DNA of 54,565 nt from Candidatus Falkowbacteria bacterium (GTDB lineage Bacteria; Patescibacteriota; Patescibacteriia; Patescibacteriales; UBA12075): the NCBI GenBank assembly GCA_043801965.1, contig JAZDLN010000017.1, positions 1 to 54,565 on the forward strand, read 5' to 3'. Each line of letters begins with the position of its first letter. Position 1 is the stretch's first letter. Below are positions 1-8,806 of this stretch, piece by piece. Below the pieces are notes generated by a model. The model saw only the letters and a program-made list of their open reading frames with translations. It made no database searches and was not told the origin of the DNA. The position numbers were made by a program, and so were the translations under genes.

Positions 1-104
1 TCAATTAATCTAACCTCTTTATTGATAATGGGCAAAACCCATCTTAAACGCTCCTCTAAAGGAGATTCTGGCAATTTTGTACACATATTTGCTGATTTTC
101 CCAT
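1..104 (-). CDS. IS481-like transposase, N-terminus only (runs off the window)
   Basis: Manual translation MGKSANMCTKLPESPLEERLRWVLPIINKEVRLI; ERLRWVLPI resembles the N-terminus of CPR IS481/rve-type transposases (from memory); not in the ORF track. Confidence 0.6.
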   Translation of the reverse strand, partial: MGKSANMCTKLPESPLEERLRWVLPIINKEVRLI

Positions 105-136
105 AGTTTTGGAAAACCGCCAAATGTGTGTACACA
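1..136 (-). mobile_element. Left end of putative IS481-family insertion sequence
   Basis: Minus strand starts TGTGTACACAC at 136 (IS481 ends begin with TGT), 32 nt upstream of the transposase ATG and abutting the stop codon of the neighbouring gene. Confidence 0.5.
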
Positions 137-469
137 TTACCCTTTGTTATTGACGATAAGCCTTAATTCTGGTTTCGGCTCCGTTATTTTATCCGTGGAT
201 TCCCTGAAACCGGCCAAAGAACTATTTAATTCCCGAAAGGACTCCCACATCAGCCCGAAAACGAAACTGGCGTATTGCTCCGGACTTCCTTTGAAACCGC
301 GGCGTTCCTGCTCGATCTTCCATAGCAGACCGATAAATTTCGGCCGGTTTTTCGGTAAAGAGGCTTCGATCGTTTCCCGGATAAGTTCCCGGGTTTTTTT
401 CTCGAATCCGGCCGGATCCGCGGCCGCGAGCCGGAACAGTTCTTCGATATCGACCTTAGGATAACCCAT
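137..469 (-). CDS. DUF3135-like protein
   Basis: IEELFRLAAADPAGFEKKTRELIRETI...GLLWKIEQERR pattern; start moved to ATG 469 behind an AGGAGG RBS. Confidence 0.65.
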   Translation of the reverse strand: MGYPKVDIEELFRLAAADPAGFEKKTRELIRETIEASLPKNRPKFIGLLWKIEQERRGFKGSPEQYASFVFGLMWESFRELNSSLAGFRESTDKITEPKPELRLIVNNKG

Positions 470-570
470 AAACCCCTCCTTTTTAGCCACGCTTTCCGAT
501 CCGTTAAAACAAAGCCTAACAAAAATCTCCTTAAAAGGCAAATTTTATTTCAAATTTTATAATATGCTGA

Positions 571-1449
571 TTATTCGCAATCCGCCGGACAATCCGCCGG
601 GGTTTCGGCGCAGGGGCAGCCTTCCGCCAGGCAGACGATCTCCTCGCACTCGCCGTTGCCGCATTTATCCGCGCAGAAAGAATCCGCCCGGCCGGTCGAA
701 TTCGAATCTTCCTCCGCCGGTACATTGCCCGCGCCAGAATCTTTTATCACATCAAAAGAAACGATCTCTACCTCTCCTCCGGCGGACAGGCGGAAAGAGG
801 CTCGCGCCGCAAGGGCGATATGCCCGTCCTCGTATTCGACCACGCAGGTATCCGGCCCGGTGAATTTGACCGATCCTAACTGGAAGGTTCCGCCGAGAAC
901 CGCTTTTTCCGGAGACAGTTCGTTTATGTTCTTGCGGATATAGTCCCCGACAAGATCTTCCGCCCCTTCGGGGATAAGCTCGCCGGTCGAAACTCCGCCG
1001 CAGGCGATCTCGTCGATCTTCCATTCGCCGTTCGTTTTAACGAGACGGATATCGAAGATCTTATCGCCTCCGGAAAAGGCCTCCAGAACAGTCACGACCG
1101 CCGCGTTATCGCTTATTTCACTATCGACTATGTTTAATCCTTCCGGTATATCCTGGGCGCAAAGCACCGGATCGAATCCTCCTTGAGCCAACGAAGTATC
1201 AAGTACGGCGTCAATTTTACTGACGCAGGCCGGGGTAAGGAGCGCGCTCTCCCGGTATATCCGGTCAACCATCGGGTTGCCTTCGTAACCGGCCCAAACA
1301 GAATAAAAATCTAAAACCGTCTTTTCGGGAAGAGGACCTTCCGGAGCCGGACTCTCCGGTTTAAAGCTTTTTAAGGCGTAAGCGCCGCCGACTATGGCCG
1401 CGCCGGCTAAAATAACGGTTAAAAAAACCGAAATGATTTGATTTTTCAT
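571..1449 (-). CDS. Membrane-anchored exported protein with DUF3828/YbjP-like domain and C-terminal Cys-rich CPR motif
   Basis: N-terminal TM helix; FDPVLCAQD...WKIDEIAC; C-terminal CGNGECEEIVCLAEGCPCAETPADCPADC. Confidence 0.7.
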   Translation of the reverse strand: MKNQIISVFLTVILAGAAIVGGAYALKSFKPESPAPEGPLPEKTVLDFYSVWAGYEGNPMVDRIYRESALLTPACVSKIDAVLDTSLAQGGFDPVLCAQDIPEGLNIVDSEISDNAAVVTVLEAFSGGDKIFDIRLVKTNGEWKIDEIACGGVSTGELIPEGAEDLVGDYIRKNINELSPEKAVLGGTFQLGSVKFTGPDTCVVEYEDGHIALAARASFRLSAGGEVEIVSFDVIKDSGAGNVPAEEDSNSTGRADSFCADKCGNGECEEIVCLAEGCPCAETPADCPADCE

Positions 1450-1520
1450 GAGTTTTGATGTTTACCTTTTAAATTCGCATATTCAAATAAACGATCGAGG
1501 AATAAAAAAGTAACAAAAAA

Positions 1521-1550
1521 AATACCGCCGGCCAAAAAACCGGCGATATT
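1521..1550 (-). terminator. Intrinsic terminator
   Basis: AATACCGCCGG/CCGGCGATATT stem followed by a U-tract on the minus strand. Confidence 0.65.
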
Positions 1551-1554
1551 CCTC

Positions 1555-1671
1555 TTATTTTTTCGTATTATCCGGGTTTTTCCCGTTCTTTTTCCGATCT
1601 TCCCGGACGCCCATAACGATCATGATCGCTGCCAGAAATATGAATACGGAAAACAATATTATTATAAACAT
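1555..1671 (-). CDS. 38-aa single-TM small protein (missed by ORF track)
   Basis: MFIIILFSVFIFLAAIMIVMGVREDRKKNGKNPDNTKK*; lies between the tfoX-like gene and a terminator. Confidence 0.6.
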   Translation of the reverse strand: MFIIILFSVFIFLAAIMIVMGVREDRKKNGKNPDNTKK

Positions 1672-1682
1672 AATTTTTCGGT

Positions 1683-2024
1683 TTAATTTTTATTTCGTCG
1701 CGCCCTTTTTTTCGGTTTCGGCGTCGGTAAGGCGTCAGCGGTCAGAGCGATCAGTCCCGATAGCCATTCGCGGTCTTCGATCAGATCCCCGTCGATCGAC
1801 ATCGACGGCTTGGCGCCGGCATAAGCGCGTCCCTCCCGGTAATTTTCTCCGACGTACTCTTTTCCGGCCTTCGTCACCTTGACGTATAGCCGGTCATCGC
1901 AGACTAAAGCCACGACCTTCTCGTCGCAGTAAAGCGCGTACTCGCCGAACATCTTGCGCGCGCGGACCGAAAGGCCCGCGAGCTGGTCAAGGATAAATTC
2001 GATTGTCGCCTCCCTGGTCGCCAT
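1683..2024 (-). CDS. TfoX/Sxy N-terminal domain protein
   Basis: RKMFGEYALYCDEKVVALVCDDRLYVK motif; ATG start MATREAT. Confidence 0.85.
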   Translation of the reverse strand: MATREATIEFILDQLAGLSVRARKMFGEYALYCDEKVVALVCDDRLYVKVTKAGKEYVGENYREGRAYAGAKPSMSIDGDLIEDREWLSGLIALTADALPTPKPKKRARRNKN

Positions 2025-2044
2025 ACAAAAAGTCAAATGCTAGA

Positions 2045-2074
2045 CCCGCGTCCCGACGCGTCGGGATCAGCGGG
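2045..2074. repeat. GC-rich intergenic palindrome
   Basis: Perfect 16-bp palindrome TCCCGACGCGTCGGGA (2051-2066) enclosed by CCCGC/GCGGG. Confidence 0.6.
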
Positions 2075-2075
2075 A

Positions 2076-3449
2076 TTAATTATTAACCCGATACCAGTCG
2101 ATCTGGCGCGATACGTACATGACGAGCCCGAGAATTACGAATAGTCCGATGGAACCGGCCAGGAGAGCGTAATCCTCAAGCTGCAGGATCACGAAAATAA
2201 AACCGTAGATAAAGACCAGGATCAGAGCTTCGAGAGTGGCCGGACGCCAGGCGCGGAAAACGGCTTTCGAATAGAGCGTGATCTGGACGGTTACGGCCAG
2301 GGCCGCGGCCAGGTAAGCGAGGTTAAAACCGATATACTCGGCTAATGACAAAAGCAGGACGTAGAAGAGCGAGAGAGCCAGACCGATCAGGATATACTGG
2401 AGCGGATGCACGCGGACATCGCGCTTGGCCTCGTAAAAAAACAAAACTAGAAAAGTTAGGGCCAGAAGCATGATCGCGTATTTCAGGGCGCGTACGGTTT
2501 GCTGGTATTCGTCGGCCGGGATAAGAAGGCGGACGCCGAAATCGGCTCCGTAAAGCCCGCTCGAACCGGCGGTGCTCATCGGCTTCTCGCGGAATTCCTG
2601 GAAGGGCTGGTTCTGGACCGTAACCGGGGCCGTGCCCAGGAATTTCTGCGGGAAACTGCGGTTAAGCTCAAGCACCTTCCAGTCGGCAATAAAGCCTTCT
2701 TCCGACAGCTCGTATTGGGGCAAAAAGGCGCCCTGGAAGCTCGGCGCGGGCCACGCGGAGGCGAGTTTCACCGCGGTCGTCTTTCCGACCGGAGTGAACA
2801 TAAGGTCACGGCTGCCGTTCATTTTAAGCTTCAGGCTGAATTTATTGGCGCCGGTTTCCTTTCCTCTAAGATCGACGCGCGCGTTCATGCCGGAGGCAAG
2901 CACTTCGCTGGTCTCGAGGCCCGGAGTAAAACCGGCGGCAGAGCCGTTCCAGTCAAGGGTAACTTCTTCGCGGATGCCGCGAAGGTCGGGAAGCCCCAAA
3001 GACACGAACGCCCGATCGAACATCACGTTCCCCGCTTCGATGTCCCAATCCGAAAAATCCGGCGCCGCGAATTCGCCCTTGATTTCGAGATCGGCCGTAT
3101 AAACCGCCACTTCGTATATTCCCCTCTTCCGCGTTTCCGGATTTAAAGTGCCGTTTACTTCGAGTTTTTCCGGCAGAAAATGGGCGTAGCGCACCTGCTC
3201 GCTCGTCCTGGTTTCGCCCGCCACCTGGATCTCGGTCACGGTTTTATAGGGAACGGTCAGGATCGGGCCGGTTACGGTCTGCTCTAAGCCCCATTTCTCG
3301 CTTATTTCCCGAAAAGCGTCGGCTTGCCGGTTCTCCCGGTCGTTTACCAGGACGGCGATCATCCCGGTCGGGATCATAAGGAGAGCGGTTAAGAAACCGA
3401 TCACGAAGAGTTTTACCGATAATGATGAACGCATGTTTTTGATGTCCAT
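2076..3449 (-). CDS. creD: Cell envelope integrity inner membrane protein CreD
   Basis: WGLEQTVTGPILTVPY, RKRGIYEVAVY, WPAPSFQGAFLP, YQQTVRALKY, VHPLQYILIGLAL, LQLEDYALLAGS. Confidence 0.92.
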   Translation of the reverse strand: MDIKNMRSSLSVKLFVIGFLTALLMIPTGMIAVLVNDRENRQADAFREISEKWGLEQTVTGPILTVPYKTVTEIQVAGETRTSEQVRYAHFLPEKLEVNGTLNPETRKRGIYEVAVYTADLEIKGEFAAPDFSDWDIEAGNVMFDRAFVSLGLPDLRGIREEVTLDWNGSAAGFTPGLETSEVLASGMNARVDLRGKETGANKFSLKLKMNGSRDLMFTPVGKTTAVKLASAWPAPSFQGAFLPQYELSEEGFIADWKVLELNRSFPQKFLGTAPVTVQNQPFQEFREKPMSTAGSSGLYGADFGVRLLIPADEYQQTVRALKYAIMLLALTFLVLFFYEAKRDVRVHPLQYILIGLALSLFYVLLLSLAEYIGFNLAYLAAALAVTVQITLYSKAVFRAWRPATLEALILVFIYGFIFVILQLEDYALLAGSIGLFVILGLVMYVSRQIDWYRVNN

Positions 3450-3490
3450 ATTCTTTATTTTACGGTTAATTTATAATGTTAAAAATTATA

Positions 3491-3847
3491 TTATTTGTCC
3501 TTTTTATAAGCTTCGTATACTCTTTCGAGCTCTTCGCGCCAGAAGGCCGCTTTTTCTTCTTCGCCGGCGTCGCTTTTAAGTTTACCGAATTCCTCCGCCA
3601 GCACGTAAAACATCTTTCCGGGCATCTGGCTTTCCTGCATGACCGCTATGGCCGTTATCATCACGTTCTTCTCGGCCAGGCTTAGGCGGTTGACTTCGGT
3701 CAATATCGCCGACCCGCGCTTCCTGTCCATCGGACTCCGGCTATCGACGCCGAGGCGGTCATAAATATACCCGTAAGTGGGCAGACTCCCCCTTCCGGCC
3801 TCTTCTTTCAATATATTATACGCGTTTTCGACGATTTTTTGGTCCAT
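3491..3847 (-). CDS. Hypothetical protein
   Basis: 118-aa ORF, co-oriented and tightly packed with neighbours. Confidence 0.7.
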   Translation of the reverse strand: MDQKIVENAYNILKEEAGRGSLPTYGYIYDRLGVDSRSPMDRKRGSAILTEVNRLSLAEKNVMITAIAVMQESQMPGKMFYVLAEEFGKLKSDAGEEEKAAFWREELERVYEAYKKDK

Positions 3848-3891
3848 ATTTTAAGCTTTATTGTTATGCTTAAAGCTTATCTCTTTTTCTT

Positions 3892-4179
3892 TCAGAAATC
3901 ATTAAAACTATATATAAGGTAGAGCAGGGCCAGATTCTCGAGCATAAGCATCGGCACGCCCAGAAGAAAATACCATTTCCTCGTCTTATGCCGGAAAGCG
4001 AACATGCCCGCGTAAACACCCAGGCTGCCGAAAAAAGCGGCCAGGAAGAAGAGCGCTCCCTCCGGGATCCTGGCCGTTCCGTTCGTCCGGGATTTCATCT
4101 TGTCGGAGAGCATGGCGAAAAAGGACACGAGATTAATAAAAAGAAAAAATATCAGGATGATTGAAATTCGCGGGTTCAT
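3892..4179 (-). CDS. DUF1294 family membrane protein
   Basis: DK..S....RIPE..LFFLAAFFGSLGVYAGMFAFRHKTRK. Confidence 0.88.
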   Translation of the reverse strand: MNPRISIILIFFLFINLVSFFAMLSDKMKSRTNGTARIPEGALFFLAAFFGSLGVYAGMFAFRHKTRKWYFLLGVPMLMLENLALLYLIYSFNDF

Positions 4180-4199
4180 GCGTTGGTTGTTAGTTACCG

Positions 4200-4688
4200 T
4201 CAGTTGCTGACCTGGAAATATTTCCGGCTGCCGTTCGGGCCCGGGTCGGCGGCCTCGAAAACCCCCTTGCCTCCGCCCGGCGCGGCCTCGCTTATGGCGG
4301 GGAGATTGACCGCGGTTTCGTTGTCTTCAAGGTTCGCGTAAAGGACGCATTGGCCGCCCGCGGCCACTTCATAACGGTAACCGGAAACGGCTTCGGTGCC
4401 GGTCTTAGGGTCGCGGATATTGCCCGGGATTCTGTCCGCGTACTGCGGGTATTTGCTTTTGAATTCCGCCATCAGGACATTAAGGTCAAAATCCCCCGGC
4501 CCGGTGTCCGGCGTCAGACAGCCGAAACTTAAAAACCGGCCGATCTGGCTAAGGTCGCTGATCCTTTTCGCGTCCCGCGCCTTCACGGTCGTATTGCCGA
4601 AGAACGCGAAAGCCGCGGCGGACAGGACCGCGATAATGCCGATGACGGCGAGGACCTCGATCAGAGTAAATGCTTTTTGATGCCTCAT
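4200..4688 (-). CDS. Type IV pilin/pseudopilin (prepilin N-methylation domain)
   Basis: KAFTLIEVLAVIGIIAVL followed by ARDAKRISDL, typical CPR pilin. Confidence 0.88.
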   Translation of the reverse strand: MRHQKAFTLIEVLAVIGIIAVLSAAAFAFFGNTTVKARDAKRISDLSQIGRFLSFGCLTPDTGPGDFDLNVLMAEFKSKYPQYADRIPGNIRDPKTGTEAVSGYRYEVAAGGQCVLYANLEDNETAVNLPAISEAAPGGGKGVFEAADPGPNGSRKYFQVSN

Positions 4689-4753
4689 GTTTATGGCTTT
4701 AAAAATTTAACTTAAACCGTTTCCTCCGCCGAACACATATTTCCATTATACCA

Positions 4754-4776
4754 AAAATCGCCCGAAAAGGCGATTT
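4754..4776. terminator. Intrinsic terminator downstream of dinB
   Basis: AAATCGCC-CGAAAA-GGCGATTT hairpin. Confidence 0.6.
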
Positions 4777-4883
4777 ACCGGCTATTATCTTATTTTCGCT
4801 GTTTTCTATTGCCCGAAACCGGCTTCTAAAAAACGCCTAAACCCATATATTACGCCACCCGGCCGCCCTTGGCGCAAGCGGGA

Positions 4884-6095
4884 TCAGCTTATCTTCCGGA
4901 AGCCGATCCGGTCCCTGGCCGCGTCCTCCCGGCCGAACATGCGGCCGCGCGCGACCGTGTATTCGCCGAACTTGTCGTTTATCCGGTCAAGCGCCCGGCT
5001 TAAATTCTTCCCCTTCTCCCGGCCGCCGAAGAGGGACATCTGTCCCGTAACCGGCGCCAGGGCGGAAACGGAAACGGCCAAAAGGCGGACCGGCATAAGG
5101 AGCCGACAGCCGGCAAGGAAAGCAAGAGCCTCGGCGGCGATCTCCTCGGTCGTGAACATGGTATCGGCTGTTTTACGGCTCCTGCCCTCCCCGCCCTCAC
5201 CGACGTAGCTTAAACCGACCGTGATATTCCGCGCCTCCATTCCCGAAGCCCGAAGCCGCCGGCCGGTCTTTTCACAGAGCTTATAAAGGACCGAACCCAG
5301 GTATTTCTTGTCCGCCGTCTTTTTCGGCAAGCAGTACGAATGGCCGACCGATTTCGGCGGCGGCGCGCCGGCGAGGACAGAGGTTATCTCGATGCCGTTC
5401 ACCCCGGCCCAGAGATAATAGCCGTAGCGCCCGAGGCTCCGCCTGATCCGGACGCCGTCGTAATTTTTAAGATCGGAAAGACTGCGGATACCGAGGGAAT
5501 TGAATCTCGCCTCCATCCGCGTATTTATCCCCCAGGCGTCGGTTAGGGCCCGCCCGGCCAAAACCGCATCGAGATTTTCCCCGGTGATCGCGACCATACC
5601 GCCTTTGGGGGCCGTATCGCCCGCGAACTTCGCCAGAAACTTCGTCCGGGCGAGGCCGATCGAACAGGCCAGATATTCGCCCGCCTCTTTTTTTATCCGG
5701 CCTCGTATCGTCTTCGCGATTTCCGCCGCGGCCTTAAGGTCTTTAGACCAGCCCGAAAGGTCCAAAAAGGCCTCGTCGATACTGTAAGGCTCCATCCGGT
5801 CGGTGTATTCCTCGAGAATACGGAAGATCCGCTCGGTCGTCGCCCGGTATTTGGCCGGCTCGTTCTCGAGAAGGATAACCGACGGGCAAAGCGCCCGGGC
5901 TTCCGCCACGGTAGAGCCGGTCTTTATGCCGAAGGCCTTGGCTTCTTTCGAGGAGGCGATGATACAGCCCCGCGGCGAGAGATAAGCGCAAACCCCCACC
6001 GGTTTGCCGCGCAGGAAGGGATTCGCCTGCTGTTCGACGCTCGCGAAATAGCTGTTCATGTCGATATGCATGATGATCTTTTCCATAAAATTCAT
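4884..6095 (-). CDS. dinB: Y-family DNA polymerase IV (DinB)
   Basis: HIDMNSYFASVEQ, YSIDEAFLD catalytic motifs, KSVGHS little finger, C-terminal QMSLF clamp-binding motif; possible start 6086. Confidence 0.92.
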   Translation of the reverse strand: MNFMEKIIMHIDMNSYFASVEQQANPFLRGKPVGVCAYLSPRGCIIASSKEAKAFGIKTGSTVAEARALCPSVILLENEPAKYRATTERIFRILEEYTDRMEPYSIDEAFLDLSGWSKDLKAAAEIAKTIRGRIKKEAGEYLACSIGLARTKFLAKFAGDTAPKGGMVAITGENLDAVLAGRALTDAWGINTRMEARFNSLGIRSLSDLKNYDGVRIRRSLGRYGYYLWAGVNGIEITSVLAGAPPPKSVGHSYCLPKKTADKKYLGSVLYKLCEKTGRRLRASGMEARNITVGLSYVGEGGEGRSRKTADTMFTTEEIAAEALAFLAGCRLLMPVRLLAVSVSALAPVTGQMSLFGGREKGKNLSRALDRINDKFGEYTVARGRMFGREDAARDRIGFRKIS

Positions 6096-6340
6096 CCCTC
6101 GGTATAAAGCTCTTCCAGGGTCCAGCTCAAATCGCGCGTGGAAAAAGCCAGACGGAAGGAGTTGGCGTTGTCGGACACGCTGAAATAATAGATTTTATCG
6201 CTTCCCCGCCGCTCTTTGTGCACGAGATTAACTTTCTCCACGTCATAGATCCGGTTCCGCCAGCGGAAACGGGCCGGCTCGACCCGGTCTTTAGCGAACC
6301 GCGCCAGGACCTCGACAGATTCATTGATCTTTTCGAACAT
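6092..6340 (-). CDS. DUF6504-like small protein coupled to dinB
   Basis: P.RFRWRNRIYDV...YYFSV...FRLAF....WTLE pattern; stop overlaps or abuts the dinB start. Confidence 0.7.
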   Translation of the reverse strand: MFEKINESVEVLARFAKDRVEPARFRWRNRIYDVEKVNLVHKERRGSDKIYYFSVSDNANSFRLAFSTRDLSWTLEELYTEG

Positions 6341-6369
6341 AAAATTCGCTTCTTAAATTCGTTTCCTTT

Positions 6370-6398
6370 ATTATACACGAACAAAAAGCGAAAGTCAA
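6370..6398 (-). promoter_or_regulatory. Sigma70 promoter with TTCG-N7-TTCG operator (candidate SOS box)
   Basis: TTGACT-17bp-TATAAT; spacer TTCGCTTTTTGTTCGTG; near-identical copy at 24003-24032. Confidence 0.75.
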
Positions 6399-6490
6399 AA
6401 TAAACTAAAATTAAAGAATATATCTCCGGTTATCAGCCCTCTAGGGTTTGTTCGATCAATTAAAAAATCGCCCCGGGTGGGGCGATCGCG

Positions 6491-6994
6491 CTATATCTTC
6501 CGGCTGTCATAAGCCCAGTGCAGAAGCGCTTGCCTCTGCTTCCGGCGGCAGCCGAAATCGCCTTTGACGCAATTATTCTTTACGGCCGACCAATGCCGGC
6601 GGAACGACCGCCAGCGCCTGATCTGGCGCGGGTCGTCCTCGTGGCGGCGCCCGAGCCAGTAGCGGCAGTACCACTGGAACCAGCCGCGCGGATCGTCCGG
6701 ATGGATCCAGCCTTTTCTTATCCAGACGGACAGGGGCTGGCTGGCGTTCACTTTAAAGAAATTCAAAGCCGGATCGCGCTTTTCCGGAGAAAGCTTCGCG
6801 TTTTTAAACCACTTGGCCGGAAATTCTTTCCGACAGTCGGTCATGTATTTGCCGCCGAAAACCCCGAGCGCAAGCATCTCCTCCGGCGTCAATTCGGGCG
6901 CGAAGCCTTTAGGAATATTCCGGCCTTCTTTCTCGGTCAGAAAATACCGGTAATTTTTCTGCATTTTGTCATTGACGATAACTACTTTTTTCAT
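6491..6994 (-). CDS. Conserved hypothetical protein (DPRGWFQWYCRY family)
   Basis: LTPEEMLALGVFGGKY, DDPRGWFQWYCRYWLGRR, QRQALLHWAYD. Confidence 0.8.
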   Translation of the reverse strand: MKKVVIVNDKMQKNYRYFLTEKEGRNIPKGFAPELTPEEMLALGVFGGKYMTDCRKEFPAKWFKNAKLSPEKRDPALNFFKVNASQPLSVWIRKGWIHPDDPRGWFQWYCRYWLGRRHEDDPRQIRRWRSFRRHWSAVKNNCVKGDFGCRRKQRQALLHWAYDSRKI

Positions 6995-7047
6995 TTTATT
7001 AAACTTTAGCGGCCCTTTCTTTTTCCGATCAGTCGGATTCCCCCTCT

Positions 7048-8214
7048 CTATTCCTGCTTCTGCGTCAAAGAAGTGGAATTGTAGCAGCTGCTTTTCTCGC
7101 TCTCGTCGCTAAGATTTTCACAGACCGAAGTATTCTTAAAATTTACGGCGATGTTATGGATGCACTTGTCGCGCGTGCCCTTTTTCTCGATGTTCACGCA
7201 AACCGAAGCGTCTTTTTTAATATTGGCAATGCTGAAAATACAATCATAATTTTTTCGCGCGTCTTCGATGATCCCGCAGACCAACGGATCCTGCTTGTTG
7301 TAGGCCACGCGGCCAAGACAGTTGCTCAACCTGTTTTTATCGCTTATTGACTGGCAAAGCAAGGCGTCGTTTAAAACCATGGCCACGGCTTCGTAACAGC
7401 CGTTCTTTTTGCCCTCATTTTCTACCCGCGCGCAGGTATTCGCGTCATTATGCTTTATGCCGACCAGATAATAGCATTGGTCTTTTTGCTCTTTATCGGT
7501 GATCCGGTCGCAAAGCAGGTTGCCGTTTGTTTCCACCGCCACGCTGGTCAAGCAAACTTCTTTCGACGCGGTATCTGATATTTTATCGCAAAACGCCTCA
7601 TCTTTTTTGAGCTGGGCTATCCGGGAAAAGCAGCCTTCTTTGGCCGCCTGATTTTCTATGGCTTCGCAGATAGCCGGATCAGGATTTTTTTCCAATATTT
7701 TCTGATAACACTCGCCCTGCTGGTAGTTATTGCCGACCTTGGCGCAGAGGCCGGCGTCGCCGTTGGCTTGGGCGATCGAAGAATAGCAGCCGTCCTTGGA
7801 ACTGCCGCCCGTTATCTGATCGCACAGATCGGCCTTGCCCTGTTTAACGGCGACGCCGCTTATGCAGGAATCGGCGGTTCCGGCCTGGCTAATTTTTTTA
7901 CAGATTGAAACATCCCCCTTCTCGACGGCTACGGCACTGTAACATTTCCCCGTCTGGCTGTCCTTTTTTATCTCCTCGCAAATCGATTCGTCCTTGGCCG
8001 CTCCCGCCACTCCGGTTAAACATCGCTCGCGCCTATCCTGCTCTTCCATCTTCCGGCAGATGTCCGGATTCTGTTTTTTGATCGCCTTATTCATTTCTTC
8101 ATCCAAAAAATCAAGCATGCCGCCGCAGCCGCTCAACCCGAAAACGCAGACGGCCAGCAAAAAATAAAATTTAAGGCCTGCTTGGTTTTTTAAACATAAA
8201 CTTTTTTTTCCCAT
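7048..8214 (-). CDS. Lipoprotein with about 13 Cys-rich ~25-aa repeats
   Basis: Lipobox LSGC; repeated C..I......D.CY..VA....D...C units. Confidence 0.8.
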   Translation of the reverse strand: MGKKSLCLKNQAGLKFYFLLAVCVFGLSGCGGMLDFLDEEMNKAIKKQNPDICRKMEEQDRRERCLTGVAGAAKDESICEEIKKDSQTGKCYSAVAVEKGDVSICKKISQAGTADSCISGVAVKQGKADLCDQITGGSSKDGCYSSIAQANGDAGLCAKVGNNYQQGECYQKILEKNPDPAICEAIENQAAKEGCFSRIAQLKKDEAFCDKISDTASKEVCLTSVAVETNGNLLCDRITDKEQKDQCYYLVGIKHNDANTCARVENEGKKNGCYEAVAMVLNDALLCQSISDKNRLSNCLGRVAYNKQDPLVCGIIEDARKNYDCIFSIANIKKDASVCVNIEKKGTRDKCIHNIAVNFKNTSVCENLSDESEKSSCYNSTSLTQKQE

Positions 8215-8278
8215 ATTTTTCGTTTATTTTAAAAATAATTTTTATATCACGTTCTTGTCTCGGTTCGGCATCCATTGA

Positions 8279-8797
8279 TCAAGGCACGTACTGCGGCGGG
8301 GTGACCACTTTGTACTCCCCTCCCAGCTTCCGCACCTGGTATTCGAATTCCCGGACCGGCGGCATTTCCGCTTCCGTCGCCCCGCAACAGGGTCCGAGCA
8401 CAAAGACGCTGCCATCCGGGTTTAAGAAATTGACCTTGAAGGCGTAGCCTTCTTCCCGTTCCTCTGATGCTATCACGTTAACGGGCAGGCAGGTTCCCAC
8501 GGCCGCGCAATAATTAGCCAACGCCTGCGCCCGGCTCTCTTGGCTGTTCTCCCCGAATCCTTCGATCCACTCCCAGGCTTCGGCGTCAAAGGCCTCAGGC
8601 GCGAATTTCACGACCGCCTCTTCGAATCGGCCCCCGGAAAGGTCGTTAAAGAATGAAATTAAAACCGCCCGGGAGCGGGCCAACGGGTCATCGTTGAGGC
8701 TCTGGCTCCTGTCCCCGTCCTCCCCGGTAATTATAGTCCCGCAGCCGGTTAAAGACAGGGCTATCGCGGCGATCAAAAGAAAACGAAATGTTTTCAT
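8279..8797 (-). CDS. Putative lipoprotein
   Basis: Lipobox LTGC; GPCCGATE motif. Confidence 0.75.
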   Translation of the reverse strand: MKTFRFLLIAAIALSLTGCGTIITGEDGDRSQSLNDDPLARSRAVLISFFNDLSGGRFEEAVVKFAPEAFDAEAWEWIEGFGENSQESRAQALANYCAAVGTCLPVNVIASEEREEGYAFKVNFLNPDGSVFVLGPCCGATEAEMPPVREFEYQVRKLGGEYKVVTPPQYVP

Positions 8798-8806
8798 ATA
8801 GTTTAT

